Assembly (NCBI GenBank): GCA_963717435.1
Contig: OY970332.1
Span: 448,001-512,000, forward strand
DNA length: 64,000 bases
Source of the DNA: an uncultured bacterium
Lineage (GTDB): Bacteria > Babelota > Babeliae > Babelales > Babelaceae
Direction of reading: 5' to 3'
Position 1 is the stretch's first letter; each line of letters begins with the position of its first letter. Of the stretch, positions 49,478 through 60,143 are shown one piece after another. The translations under genes were made by a program, and so were the position numbers. The notes beneath the pieces are model-generated. The model searched no databases. It saw only the letters and a program-made list of their open reading frames with translations, and had not been told where the DNA came from.

Positions 49478-50857
49478 TTAGAACACAGGTCCCTGCTTTG
49501 CACCAGTCCCGTTTGAGTAATACTTATTTTTCAGAGCAAGAGTTAATGGGCTTTGGGTCAAGCTTGTATTGGCGTTATACCTAGCTAGTGCAAAGTCATA
49601 ATTAAAGAAAGGGAAACTGCCACTTTCAACGTATCCAGCGGCGACAATTTGTCCATTAGATTGTATTGATATTGAATTTATTTGGCTGCTTGTAAACCCA
49701 CTAATTGCTGTTGTCACAATGCCGTCTGTTCCAAAACTTGTGTCCAAGCTGCCATTGGTATTGTATCTTGTTAGGGCCAATTCTCCGCTAGATCCGCCAG
49801 CAGCAATGATTTGTCCATCAGATTGCATAGCTATTGAAAATATTCCGCTACTTGTACTGCCATTAATTGACGTAATGACAATGCCATTGGTGTCAAAACT
49901 GCTATCTAATGTGCCATTGCTATTGTATCTTGCCAATACAAATTCAGAAGCCCCGTTTATTATTGTACTTCCACCAGCAACAATTTGCCCATTGGATTGT
50001 ATGAGTACTGAATTTATTTGGTTATTTGTGCTGCCACTAATTGAAGTGGTTACAACACCATTTGTTCCAAAACTCGTGTCCAAAGCTCCATTGGGGTTAT
50101 ATCTGGCCAAAGCGAATTCATTTATGCCACTTACTATTTGGGTTGCATATCCACCAGCAACGATTTGCCCATTAGATTGCATTGTGATCGAATTTATTTG
50201 GCTAAAATTACTTCCACTAATTGAAGTGGTTACAACACCATTTGTTCCAAAGCTCGTATCCAAGGTTCCATTGGTATTGTACCTTGCCAGTGCAAATTCA
50301 TTTGCGCCTATAATCGCAAATCCAGCGGCAACAATTTGTCCATTAGGTTGTATGGCTATTGAATTTATATTGCTTTGTATACTGCCACTGATTAATGTAA
50401 TGACAATTCCATTTGTTCCAAAGCTCGTATCTAAAGTTCCATTAGTGTTGTATCTTACCAATGCAAATTGTTCGCTTATATATCCACCGGCAACAATTTG
50501 TCCATTGGATTGTATCGCTATCGAGGTTAGTTCGTTTGTACCGGCACCCGGCTGAAAAGTTGCAATGCCATTGGTACCGAAATTTGTGTCGAGAGTTCCA
50601 TTAGTGTTGTATCTAGCTAGTGCAAAGTTTGCTGGAGAACCAAGGTTGACTGCAAATCCTCCGACAACAATTTGACCATTAGATTGCATTGCTATTGAAT
50701 TTATTTGGCTAACCCCAAAACCGGTTGCTGTGACTACAGTTCCTGGAGGAGTTCCTGTTTGATTAAAAGAAGTGTCGAGCGTGCCCTGCATTGAAAATAA
50801 TTGGGGCGCAGAACTCAGTAAAATTAGTGCAAAAAGTTTTGTGTTTGTAATCTTCAT
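49478..50857 (-). CDS. Secreted delta-60 (DUF5122) repeat beta-propeller protein
   Basis: Probable start MKITNTK. About seven repeats of SIAIQSNGQIVAGG...FALARYNTNGTLDTSFGTNG. Confidence 0.9.
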   Translation of the reverse strand: MKITNTKLFALILLSSAPQLFSMQGTLDTSFNQTGTPPGTVVTATGFGVSQINSIAMQSNGQIVVGGFAVNLGSPANFALARYNTNGTLDTNFGTNGIATFQPGAGTNELTSIAIQSNGQIVAGGYISEQFALVRYNTNGTLDTSFGTNGIVITLISGSIQSNINSIAIQPNGQIVAAGFAIIGANEFALARYNTNGTLDTSFGTNGVVTTSISGSNFSQINSITMQSNGQIVAGGYATQIVSGINEFALARYNPNGALDTSFGTNGVVTTSISGSTNNQINSVLIQSNGQIVAGGSTIINGASEFVLARYNSNGTLDSSFDTNGIVITSINGSTSSGIFSIAMQSDGQIIAAGGSSGELALTRYNTNGSLDTSFGTDGIVTTAISGFTSSQINSISIQSNGQIVAAGYVESGSFPFFNYDFALARYNANTSLTQSPLTLALKNKYYSNGTGAKQGPVF

Positions 50858-50944
50858 AAGAAATACCCTCTTTCTTTTTTTGATTCTTTTTTGATACAGA
50901 CTTTTGCAACATAACATTACTTTATAATTTTTTAAAACAAAAAA
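50855..50944 (-). repeat. Duplicated upstream region of the delta-60 genes (second copy 52457-52544)
   Basis: Near-identical CATAAGAAATA...GATACAGACTTTTGCAACATAACATTACTTTATAATTTTTTAAAACAAAAA before both genes. Confidence 0.85.
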
Positions 50945-50958
50945 TATTTTAAAAAATT

Positions 50959-50990
50959 ACGGGCCCCAAGAACTTAATCTTGGGGCCCGT
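50959..50990 (-). terminator. Terminator between the delta-60 paralogues
   Basis: ACGGGCCCCAAGA...TCTTGGGGCCCGT 13-bp stem, followed by a T-rich run on the minus strand. Confidence 0.75.
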
Positions 50991-51013
50991 CTTGATTGCT
51001 CGTTGTCAAAATC

Positions 51014-52459
51014 TTAAAGCACAGGTCCCTGCTTGGCGCCAGTTCCGCCGTTATAATATTTGTTTTTCAGAGCAAGAGTTAATGGGCTTTGGGTCAAACT
51101 TGTATTGGCATTGTATCTTGCCAATGCAAATACTGCGGTGCCGCTTATGGTTGCAAATCCACCAGCAACAATTTGTCCATTAGATTGCATTGCTATTGAG
51201 TTTATTTTGCTATTTGTACTACCAGTAATTGCAGTGGTGACAATTCCATTTGTACCGAAGCTGCTATCCAAACTTCCATTGGAGGTGTATCGTGCTAATG
51301 CCAATTGGTTTAAGCCACTTATGTCAGCAAATCCACCGACAACAATTTTACCATCTGATTGCATTGTTATTGAGTTTATAGAGGCATTTGTCCCGATTTG
51401 CGTATTAACTATCCCGTTGGTATCAAAACTTGTATCTAATGTTCCATTGGTATTCAATCTGGCCACAGCAAATTCCGTATTCAATCCGTTTACTGCCTCT
51501 CCAGCGGCAACGATTTTACCATCTGTTTGGATGGTTACTGATAATATTTCGGAAATCGTGATGTTTCCGCTGATTGGGAGGACTGCAAAGCCATCGGTCC
51601 CAAAAGTTGTGTCAAATGTCCCGTTGCTGCTATATCTGACTAACACAGGAAACTGGTTTCCGCCGGAGCTTGCATATCCACCAGCAACGATTTGACCGTT
51701 GGGTTGCAAGGCTATTGAGCTTATTTGGGTAGTTAAACTATTGTCACTACCTGGGATTTCAGTGGCAACAATACCATTAGTTCCAAAATTGACGTCCAAA
51801 GTTCCATTAGTATTGTATCTTGCCAATGCAAATACGTTTATACCGCCGCTTATTGTTGCATATCCACCAGCAACAATTTGTCCATTAGGTTGTATTGCTA
51901 TTGAGTTTATTTGATTCTCATTGCCACTAATTATCGTGGTAATAACACCATTGGTACCAAAATTGGTGTCCAAAGTCCCATTAGTATTGTATCTTGCCAG
52001 CGCAAATTCAAAGACGCCGCCTATGATTGCAAATCCACCGGCAAGAATTTTGCCATCAGTTTGGATAGCTATTGATAATATCCTGCTACCTGAACTGCCG
52101 CTGATTTGTGTTGTAACAATGCCACTCGTGCCAAAATTGATATCTAAGCTTCCACTAGTGTTGTATCTTGCCAATGTGAATGAATTTGGGCCGCTTATGT
52201 TTGACTGCCCGCCCGCGACAATTTGGCCATTGCTTTGTATGGCTATTGATTCTAAAAATCCAGTGATTTGCGAGCTAACAACCGTGCCAGGAGGCGTGCC
52301 TTGTATATTAAAAGATGTGTCAAGCGTGCCCTGCATTGAAAATAATTGTGGCGCAAAACTTATTAAAAGCAGGCGCGAAAAATTTTTAAAATTTTTCGCG
52401 CCTGCTTTTGGATTGATATTATTTGATAAAGTATTTGAAAAAGTATTTGAAATTTTCAT
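51014..52459 (-). CDS. Secreted delta-60 (DUF5122) repeat protein, paralogue of 49478-50857
   Basis: Probable start MKISNTF. Same repeats, shared APQLFSMQGTLDTSFN and C-terminal SLTQSPLTLALKNKYY. Confidence 0.9.
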   Translation of the reverse strand: MKISNTFSNTLSNNINPKAGAKNFKNFSRLLLISFAPQLFSMQGTLDTSFNIQGTPPGTVVSSQITGFLESIAIQSNGQIVAGGQSNISGPNSFTLARYNTSGSLDINFGTSGIVTTQISGSSGSRILSIAIQTDGKILAGGFAIIGGVFEFALARYNTNGTLDTNFGTNGVITTIISGNENQINSIAIQPNGQIVAGGYATISGGINVFALARYNTNGTLDVNFGTNGIVATEIPGSDNSLTTQISSIALQPNGQIVAGGYASSGGNQFPVLVRYSSNGTFDTTFGTDGFAVLPISGNITISEILSVTIQTDGKIVAAGEAVNGLNTEFAVARLNTNGTLDTSFDTNGIVNTQIGTNASINSITMQSDGKIVVGGFADISGLNQLALARYTSNGSLDSSFGTNGIVTTAITGSTNSKINSIAMQSNGQIVAGGFATISGTAVFALARYNANTSLTQSPLTLALKNKYYNGGTGAKQGPVL

Positions 52460-52568
52460 AAGAAATATCCTCTCTCTTTTTTGATTCTTTTTTGATACAG
52501 ACTTTTGCAACATAACATTACTTTATAATTTTTTAAAACAAAAATTTCAAAGTAATTTGAATATATTT

Positions 52569-53696
52569 TTAAAATTCCCGAATTATGCTGTTAATTTTTA
52601 GATGAAAATCCAAGTAAAAAAGAAAAACAACTACAAAACTTATTAATTCGGTCCAAGCTACGGGATCACCTAATTTATTTTTTACTGATTGGAATATGTT
52701 TTCACTATTTTTGAGTATATTTTTATAGCTTTGATTTTTTGATAACAAATAATTTGTTAAATTTTTAGGTCCCTCAAAATCAAGATATGGTGGTTCAAGA
52801 TATGGTGGTATGGGCGTACCATAATTTTTTGAAAACATATTGCAAACAGATGATGAAATTGTAAGGTAGATTTTCATGACGAAAATAATCATATATGGTA
52901 AATTGCCGAGATTTGAAGACAATTCTTCGGTGTAACATATATCAAACTCTCTTCCCATTAAGTAATCTGACAAATTCGCCAGAATATATTCTTCTAATAT
53001 CGCTGCAATTAAAGCTATCGCGCATAAGCCATAAATTACTCGTTTTTCACGACTTAATCTGTTTTCTAGAATTTTTATTATCTTATCACTTGCAAAGCTA
53101 CCATCCTGTTTTGCGCACGAAATTAGTTTATTGAAATTAATTTTTGGTTCTAGGGTATATTCTGTATTGAACTTCGCAAGTCGTTCAGAAGATATATGTT
53201 TAAACATAGCTTCAAGAAGTTTGTAATGGTTGGTTGTTACTGCGAGCCCAATTAGATCTTCGGGACCATTTTTTAAAGTTTTTCTTACAGCTGTTATGCC
53301 GTTAAAATTATTTTTTAACCAGTCAGTAGCAAGTATTTTGGTTAATTTTTCAGTACCACCGGCCACTGGCATTTTTGTTGTTGTTTTTGCTATAAGAAAA
53401 TTTACTAAAGCATTAAGTTTTTTGCTTGTTTTTCTTAAGCTTATTAGTGCATCTATTGTATCAAAACTTACTTCATATTTCTGGTCGGCAATTAAAAAAT
53501 CGATTATCTCGCTCCAAATGTCTTTTGGGAGAACTCCAAATGCTTCCAGGGCGGAATTTTGTTCTTTTGAAACAAGTTTTGTTTCAGGGCTTCTTGCGAG
53601 ACTCTTCTTGTTCTTATGTTTAGTGGCCAAGATATCTGATGTTATAAGTGCAGATATCAGAATAGACATTAAAAAAAGTAGCTTTGTAAATTTCAT
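52569..53696 (-). CDS. Signal-peptide protein with an F-box-like motif and C-terminal hydrophobic segments
   Basis: LPKDIWSEIIDFL...LISLRKTSKKLNALV resembles the F-box pattern LPxEIlxxIfxyL...lrlVsKxw. Confidence 0.6.
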   Translation of the reverse strand: MKFTKLLFLMSILISALITSDILATKHKNKKSLARSPETKLVSKEQNSALEAFGVLPKDIWSEIIDFLIADQKYEVSFDTIDALISLRKTSKKLNALVNFLIAKTTTKMPVAGGTEKLTKILATDWLKNNFNGITAVRKTLKNGPEDLIGLAVTTNHYKLLEAMFKHISSERLAKFNTEYTLEPKINFNKLISCAKQDGSFASDKIIKILENRLSREKRVIYGLCAIALIAAILEEYILANLSDYLMGREFDICYTEELSSNLGNLPYMIIFVMKIYLTISSSVCNMFSKNYGTPIPPYLEPPYLDFEGPKNLTNYLLSKNQSYKNILKNSENIFQSVKNKLGDPVAWTELISFVVVFLFYLDFHLKINSIIREF

Positions 53697-53727
53697 GTTT
53701 TTTAAATTACTTTTTATTTTTTTAATT

Positions 53728-55716
53728 TTAATGCGATATCGGGTTGGGTGTGAAAAATATTGAACTTGTGTAGTTTTTATAGTCTATTAGTTTATATAAT
53801 TTTTGTAGAATATTAATGTTATGGCACTTTAAATATATCTTTCTTGCGTGGGTTTTTTTGATCATAGCAACAGGCGGCAGTGCGGGGCCAAGAAGCATAA
53901 CCGGCAGTTTTTGTTCTTCTATAATATCGCTTAAATAATTTGCAAGATTTTGTGAGTCGGTTTCGATATCTTGCTCACTTGTGTTTTTCAGTTCTATTTC
54001 AGCAAGTCTGATCACCGGCGGGTATTCAACCATCTTGCGTTTTTCAATTTCGTAATCATAAAATTTCATATAATCAGCTTCGTTAATAAACTTATATATA
54101 TTATGATTTAATAAAGTTTGAATAATAACTTTACTATTCTCAGACTGTCTGCCAGCTCTTCCCGCGACTTGAATTAATTGCTGTAATGTAATTTCAGCGC
54201 AGTTATAAACCGGAAAATTTAAATTTACATCCGCCCAAATAACGCCAACAAGCGTAACCTTTGGAAAGTGGTAACCCTTAGTAACAGTTTGTGTGCCTAC
54301 AAGAATATCGATATCCCCATTTTCGAAGTTTTTTATTGTTTCGGCCCATTTTTTGCGATCAACAGTGCTATCAACATCAGCTCTTGCAATTTTTGCTTCC
54401 GGAAATAATCTTTGCAAAATATCTGCAACCTGTTGGGTGCCGAGCCCTTTTTTTAGAAAATTTTTGCTGTCTTTTTTACAGGAATCACAATTTTGGGGTA
54501 AGATTTTTGAGAACCCACAATAGTGGCAAATAAGCTTCTCTTGGCCATGAAGCGTTAAGCTTACAGAACAGCTTGCGCATGAAAAAACATAAGAGCATAA
54601 TTTGCATTGAACAAAAAAACTGTAACCCCGTCTGTTAATAAAAACTATAGTCTGTTCTTTGTTAATAAGTTGGGTATGTATTAAATCTTCAAGCTTTTGG
54701 CTAACCCAAAAATTTTTATTTTTTTTATCTTCTTTAAGATTAACTATTTCTATATTGGGAAACTTTCCAGAAAATCTTTTTTTTAGTTCAAACAGGTTCC
54801 AGTTTTTGTTTTTTATATTATAAATAGAGCTGATAGATGGCGTTGCAGATCCTAAAACTACGGGAATCTTGCAACAACTTGCCCTTAATATTGCAGCGTC
54901 TTTGGAGTTAACTTTTGGATGTTTTTTTTCTTGATAGCCGCTATCATGCTCTTCGTCGATAATAATTAAACCCAGATTTGATATGGGCAATAAAATTGGC
55001 AGATGAACGCCAATAATGAGTATTGGGGTTTTGTTTAATAGTTTTGACCATAGCTCTTTTTTGTTACTCACACTTGTTGCGCTATGAAACCCATAAATTT
55101 CAATTAATCCCTCAAGTTGTTTTTTTAATAATTTTTCAAATTGTGTCGCAAGCGAAACTTCCGGCAGCATCAAGATTACAGATTTTTTATTATTTATAGA
55201 TTCCAGTATTAACTTTTTATATATCTCTGTTTTTCCAGAGCCGGTTACCCCATGTATTAAGTTTGCTTTATATTCGGGGTTAATTATAAATTTTGCGATC
55301 TCGTTTACTATATTTTCTTGTTCAAGAGTAAGCTTGGTGTCAGAAGTTAATACTTCTTGGGGGTCTTTAAGTTCGCCGATAACTTCTTCAGTTTCAAGCT
55401 CTTTGTTATCGAGAAATTTTCTTATACGTTTTAAAAAAGTAATAGGATCTAGGCAGTAATAATTGGCAAGTTTTTCCAAAAATTCAAAGTAGCCCTTATC
55501 GCCAGGAACATCTTCTATGTTGTCTATTTCGCGAACTTTAAATTTGGTATTAATATCAAGAGTTTCAAATGTTTCTAAAATTACCGCAAATTCATGTTTT
55601 TTTTGGATGGGAACTTTTACTATAGAGCCGATCAGGTTTTCTTCTAACCAGCTATCTGGGAACGAGTAAGTAAGAAGCTCTTGATAGCCTCTGAGTAATC
55701 TAACTTTGGCAAACAT
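53728..55716 (-). CDS. priA: Primosomal protein N' (replication restart helicase)
   Basis: GVTGSGKTE, DEEH, GSATPS, NRRGY, four CxxC pairs, QVAGRAGR. Confidence 0.96.
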   Translation of the reverse strand: MFAKVRLLRGYQELLTYSFPDSWLEENLIGSIVKVPIQKKHEFAVILETFETLDINTKFKVREIDNIEDVPGDKGYFEFLEKLANYYCLDPITFLKRIRKFLDNKELETEEVIGELKDPQEVLTSDTKLTLEQENIVNEIAKFIINPEYKANLIHGVTGSGKTEIYKKLILESINNKKSVILMLPEVSLATQFEKLLKKQLEGLIEIYGFHSATSVSNKKELWSKLLNKTPILIIGVHLPILLPISNLGLIIIDEEHDSGYQEKKHPKVNSKDAAILRASCCKIPVVLGSATPSISSIYNIKNKNWNLFELKKRFSGKFPNIEIVNLKEDKKNKNFWVSQKLEDLIHTQLINKEQTIVFINRRGYSFFVQCKLCSYVFSCASCSVSLTLHGQEKLICHYCGFSKILPQNCDSCKKDSKNFLKKGLGTQQVADILQRLFPEAKIARADVDSTVDRKKWAETIKNFENGDIDILVGTQTVTKGYHFPKVTLVGVIWADVNLNFPVYNCAEITLQQLIQVAGRAGRQSENSKVIIQTLLNHNIYKFINEADYMKFYDYEIEKRKMVEYPPVIRLAEIELKNTSEQDIETDSQNLANYLSDIIEEQKLPVMLLGPALPPVAMIKKTHARKIYLKCHNINILQKLYKLIDYKNYTSSIFFTPNPISH

Positions 55717-55789
55717 GATAACCTGTTTTATAAATTTTTTTAGGTAGATTTTGTTGAGTTTTATACAGTTGTATAAATATATGCTTATG

Positions 55790-55910
55790 CCCGCTCGTCC
55801 CGAGTGATCACCGAAACGCAGTGAAGGTGATTGTATCGAGGGATGGCGGCGACTCGATACCTCGATACATTTTTCTTCGCTTTGCTACGAAAAACACTCG
55901 GGACGAGCGG
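55790..55910. repeat. Inverted doublet of the modular palindromic repeat between divergent priA and polA
   Basis: CCCGCTCGTCCCGAGTG-ATCACC...GGTGAT-TGTATCGAGGGAT (+) and CCGCTCGTCCCGAGTG-TTTTTC...GAAAAA-TGTATCGAGG (-). CTCGATAC is duplicated at the junction. Confidence 0.9.
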
Positions 55911-56072
55911 CTTGTTTGCCCAAATCATAGAAGCCCAGCAGAATCTAAAGTTAAGTATACTAACTTAATCAAAATTTAGTATAAAATTTGATATAAAAAA
56001 TAACTATAAAAATTAAAAAAATATTATTGTGATATAATTATATTATATCAAGTTTAAAATTTAGAGGACCTC

Positions 56073-58793
56073 GTGGAAAATAACGTAAAAGATAAAGTTT
56101 TTGTTATCGACGGCTCCGCGTTTTTATATCGCGCATATTATAGCCTAAAGCCACTTCACTCAAAAGACGGCAGAGCCATACAAGCAGTTTATGGATTTGT
56201 CAGAATGCTCAAAAAACTGATGAACAAATTTGACCCCAAATTTATGGTTCTTGTTTGGGATAGCCGTGGAGAAACTGAGCGCCATGAGATTTTTTCTGAA
56301 TATAAAGCAACTCGTCAGGCGGCGCCCAACGATCTTTTTGATCAAAAAACGTTAATCCAAGAATTTTCAGATATCATAAAATTGCGCCAACTTTCTCGCC
56401 CTGCAACAGAAGCAGATGATCTGATTTTTTCTCTGGCAAAAGATGTTGACCCCAACGACGTTGTTGTTGTGAGCTCAGATAAAGATATGGCCCAAATGCT
56501 ATCTGATAGGGTTATAATATTTGATCCATTTAAAGACGAGTTTCTGGATGCCCAAAAATTTCAAGAAAAATATGGTCTGCCTGTTAACAAAATAGTTTTT
56601 TACTACTCGCTTATTGGGGATAGTTCGGACAATATTCCTGGTGTTAAAGGCATCGGCCCCAAATCAGCTGAAGTTCTTGTAAATAAATTTAATTCACTTG
56701 AGGATCTATATAATAATTTAGAATCTGTAGAGAACAAAAGAACAAAAGAGTTGCTTTTGGCTAATCGCGACAATGCATTTTTGAGTGAAAAGCTTTTTAA
56801 AATGTACTATTATGACACCGGTCTTAAACTCAAAGATTGCGAATTTGATGCAAAAAATTGGGGACTGGCTTTAGAGTTTTTCAAAGAGCTTAATTTTCAG
56901 TCTATTTTAAAAGATATGCCAGAATATAAGTCTGAGCAGCATGAGCAAAAAACTCTTTTTACCTCTCAAAATAATTATATTCTTGTTAACACCAGCGCGC
57001 TTCTTGATGAACTTTGCCAAAAAATAAAACAAGCAAAATTTTGTTCTTTGGACACAGAAACGGACGGCCTGAACCCGTTAAGAGCAAAATGTGTGGGGGT
57101 ATCTCTTTGTGTAGAACCCGGCACAGCTTACTATGTCCCAATCGGGCATATAGCTGGGCACGCAACCCAAGATTTACAACTGGGTAAAGACGAAGTCGTA
57201 GAAAAATTAAAGCCAATCTTAGAAGACAAAAATATAAAAAAAATCTTGCATCATGCAAAATTTGACATGCTTGTTATCTCAGCTCTGGGAATAAATCTTG
57301 AGGGCCTAGAGTTTGATACGCTGATAGCTGCAAGTTTGGTTGCAACTGACGGCAACAGAATTAATCTTAAGTTTTTGTCAGAGTTTTATTTAAATCAGCC
57401 GATGCCGACTTTTAAAGAAGTGGTCACCGATAAGGGCTATAAAAACTTTTCGCAGGTTCCTGTTCAAGATGCAATTGCATATGCATGCACAGATGCTCAC
57501 CAGACTTTGTTATTAAGGCCAATACTAGAAAAGCTTCTTGAAGAAAACAGCATGACCAAGCTTTTTTATGACCTAGAGATGCCCACCAATCAAGTTTTGT
57601 ATTTGATGGAAAAAGAGGGAATCTTGGTTGATATTAAAGAACTTCAAGATTTAAAAGTTAAAGTCGATCAACGACTTGCGGCAATTAAAATGGAGATTTT
57701 GGCACTGCTTCCGGAAGATTTGATCGATATAAATTTAAATTCTCCAAAGCAGCTAGAAGATTTATTATTTAACAAGTTGCAGTTGATACCAGTCAAAAAA
57801 ACAACGGGGAAAACCGGATATTCGACAGATTATGAAGTCTTGCTCGAGCTTGCAAAGATTCACCCGGTTCCAGGTTTAATTATAAAATATCGCGAACTGT
57901 TTAAATTGAAAAGTACTTATGTAGATGCTTTTTTTGATTATATAGACCCTAGAACTTCAAAGATTCACACAAGTTTCAATCAAACATCTGTTGCAACTGG
58001 CCGACTCGCAAGCTCAGATCCTAATATGCAAAATATCCCAGTGGAGCAACTTTATGCTGATATTAATATCAGGTCGATATTTAAAGCTCCAGAAAATCAT
58101 GTTTTTATTTCTGCTGACTATTCTCAAATAGAGCTTCGTGTGCTTGCATATTTTTCTCAAGATAAAAACTTGCTTCAGGCGTTTAAAGAAAATCAGGACA
58201 TTCATGCAATTACAGCAGCGGGCTTATTCGATGTTGCGCCAGATAAGATTACAAGAGAGCAGCGAGAGTTTGGTAAACGAATTAACTTTAGTATTTTATA
58301 CGGCTTAACGGCTTATGGATTAAGCCAAGATCTTAACGTCTCTTTTTCTGATGCACAAAAATATATAGACAAATATTTTGCACAATTTCCTGGAGTCTCT
58401 TCTTGGATGGAGTCTGTTGTGAAAGAAACGATCGACAACGGCTACGTTACAACTTATATGGGCCGCCGCAGATATATTCCTGGGATATATGAAAAAAACA
58501 GAAACCTGTTTGACGCTGCAAAACGTGTTGCGATTAACACCAAAGCGCAGGGCACTGCTGCTGAGATTATGAAGCTCGCGATGATCAACCTAAATTCGCG
58601 TTTTGAAGAACTTGGGCAAGATTCGAAAATAATTTTGCAAATTCATGACGAACTCTTAATTTCTGTTCCAGAAAGCAAACTTCAAGAAACAGAATTAGAG
58701 ATTAAAAATATCTTAGAGTTGGTTGTTGATTGGAACGTGCCGCTTAAAGTGACAACAAGATCTGGCAAAGACTGGGCCCAAGTAACAAAGTAG
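56073..58793 (+). CDS. polA: DNA polymerase I
   Basis: 5'-3' exonuclease (IDGSAFLYRAYY, EADD, GDSSDNIPGV), 3'-5' exonuclease (LDTET, YACTD), polymerase motifs ADYSQIELR and QIHDEL. Confidence 0.98.
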   Translation: MENNVKDKVFVIDGSAFLYRAYYSLKPLHSKDGRAIQAVYGFVRMLKKLMNKFDPKFMVLVWDSRGETERHEIFSEYKATRQAAPNDLFDQKTLIQEFSDIIKLRQLSRPATEADDLIFSLAKDVDPNDVVVVSSDKDMAQMLSDRVIIFDPFKDEFLDAQKFQEKYGLPVNKIVFYYSLIGDSSDNIPGVKGIGPKSAEVLVNKFNSLEDLYNNLESVENKRTKELLLANRDNAFLSEKLFKMYYYDTGLKLKDCEFDAKNWGLALEFFKELNFQSILKDMPEYKSEQHEQKTLFTSQNNYILVNTSALLDELCQKIKQAKFCSLDTETDGLNPLRAKCVGVSLCVEPGTAYYVPIGHIAGHATQDLQLGKDEVVEKLKPILEDKNIKKILHHAKFDMLVISALGINLEGLEFDTLIAASLVATDGNRINLKFLSEFYLNQPMPTFKEVVTDKGYKNFSQVPVQDAIAYACTDAHQTLLLRPILEKLLEENSMTKLFYDLEMPTNQVLYLMEKEGILVDIKELQDLKVKVDQRLAAIKMEILALLPEDLIDINLNSPKQLEDLLFNKLQLIPVKKTTGKTGYSTDYEVLLELAKIHPVPGLIIKYRELFKLKSTYVDAFFDYIDPRTSKIHTSFNQTSVATGRLASSDPNMQNIPVEQLYADINIRSIFKAPENHVFISADYSQIELRVLAYFSQDKNLLQAFKENQDIHAITAAGLFDVAPDKITREQREFGKRINFSILYGLTAYGLSQDLNVSFSDAQKYIDKYFAQFPGVSSWMESVVKETIDNGYVTTYMGRRRYIPGIYEKNRNLFDAAKRVAINTKAQGTAAEIMKLAMINLNSRFEELGQDSKIILQIHDELLISVPESKLQETELEIKNILELVVDWNVPLKVTTRSGKDWAQVTK

Positions 58794-58818
58794 ATTTCAA
58801 ACATAACTTTGGAAAATC

Positions 58819-60039
58819 GTGAATATAAACAATAAAATTTTTGCACTAAATCTATTATTTATTTTTAGTTTCCTGCGCTCAATGGAAAGCGAGCAAAAAG
58901 TAGCTAAATGGCAAGAACTCCCTAAAGAAGTGCTGGTTCTTGTTTGTGGCTTTTTGATAGAGGACAAAAAAGCAAAAGAAGACACAATCAAAGTCTTTGT
59001 TGCGCTAGATAATTTTAGATTAAGCAGTAAATCAAACTACGCCATTGTTGGTATTTTGATTAAAAATTTTGCCAGTAAAAAATCTGAAAGCATGACTGAT
59101 CAAGCTAAAAAACTCGAAGAAATTAACAGTTATAATTACTTAAAATTTAAGCAAGAGTATATGATAGATTTGTGGGACAGAAAGATAAATAATATAGTGC
59201 TGATAGAAGTTTATAAAGATAATCCAGATCCTATTCTTAAAAAAATTAGAGCTGCTTTAAACTTAAAAGCATATTTTTGGTCGAAAAGACAAATTAAAAA
59301 TAATGAAGAATATGAAAAAAGATTAAAAGGACTACTGTCAGAGCGTTTCAGTGCATATGACACCTTTGCTCCGCCAAAAGGAGAAAAACTCACTGAGTTT
59401 AATGTGTATTTAAAGAAACTTTTGGACTTGGGAGTTGGTGCGAATTCTGAAATTCATATTGATAATCATCATACGAGATACTGGGGCGGAATGATTTATT
59501 TAACTGTAATGGCGCGTGACGTTGTTACTACAAAATTGTTGCTTGATTATGGAGCCGATCCAAATTTGGTTAGTTCTTGGGGAGGATCAATCACGAAAGG
59601 AACACCTCTGAGTTTTGCTCTTACGATTAAAAACGTTGAACTTTGTAAATTGTTTCTGGAAAATGGCCCACTCAAAGCTGATCAAAATATGGAGATTATT
59701 TATGAGGAGGATATTTATGGAGTAGGTATCGACAGAATGGTAAATAAAAATCATTTGGCTTATTTATTCTGGCTCCGTAAATCAGGGGAAGTGTCGCCGG
59801 TTGAGTTGATAAAATTGCTTTTAAAAAATGGAGCCGCGCCGCTCAATACAGACGTTAATTTATATAAAAGTGACAATTCTGAGCATGATCTGTATTTTTG
59901 CGCTGTGTATCACTGGCGGTTTCGATCTTGGGACATAGAGAAAGGGCGCCCAGATATTGACGAGGTTCTCAATTTGCTTAAAGACGCATTTGAGGCGTGG
60001 TGGGCAAAAAACCATAAGAGTGAAAATAATACGAATTAG
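58819..60039 (+). CDS. Secreted F-box-like plus ankyrin-repeat protein
   Basis: Signal peptide, WQELPKEVLVLVCGFL...FRLSSK, later LLLDYGADPN, GTPLSFAL, LLLKNGA. Confidence 0.75.
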   Translation: MNINNKIFALNLLFIFSFLRSMESEQKVAKWQELPKEVLVLVCGFLIEDKKAKEDTIKVFVALDNFRLSSKSNYAIVGILIKNFASKKSESMTDQAKKLEEINSYNYLKFKQEYMIDLWDRKINNIVLIEVYKDNPDPILKKIRAALNLKAYFWSKRQIKNNEEYEKRLKGLLSERFSAYDTFAPPKGEKLTEFNVYLKKLLDLGVGANSEIHIDNHHTRYWGGMIYLTVMARDVVTTKLLLDYGADPNLVSSWGGSITKGTPLSFALTIKNVELCKLFLENGPLKADQNMEIIYEEDIYGVGIDRMVNKNHLAYLFWLRKSGEVSPVELIKLLLKNGAAPLNTDVNLYKSDNSEHDLYFCAVYHWRFRSWDIEKGRPDIDEVLNLLKDAFEAWWAKNHKSENNTN

Positions 60040-60143
60040 TTTTTTGTTTGTGCGAATATTTGGCCGGAAATTTTGCTAGAGACAGTTTTTTTTAATAAGC
60101 TTCTTGTTGTCAAAAATTAGATGAACTAGTAGAAAGCGAAGAC

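Noticed and set aside
49719-52484. Long + strand ORFs (278, 211, 187 aa) over the delta-60 genes
   Set aside because: Antisense shadows caused by the repetitive codon pattern of the real minus-strand genes.
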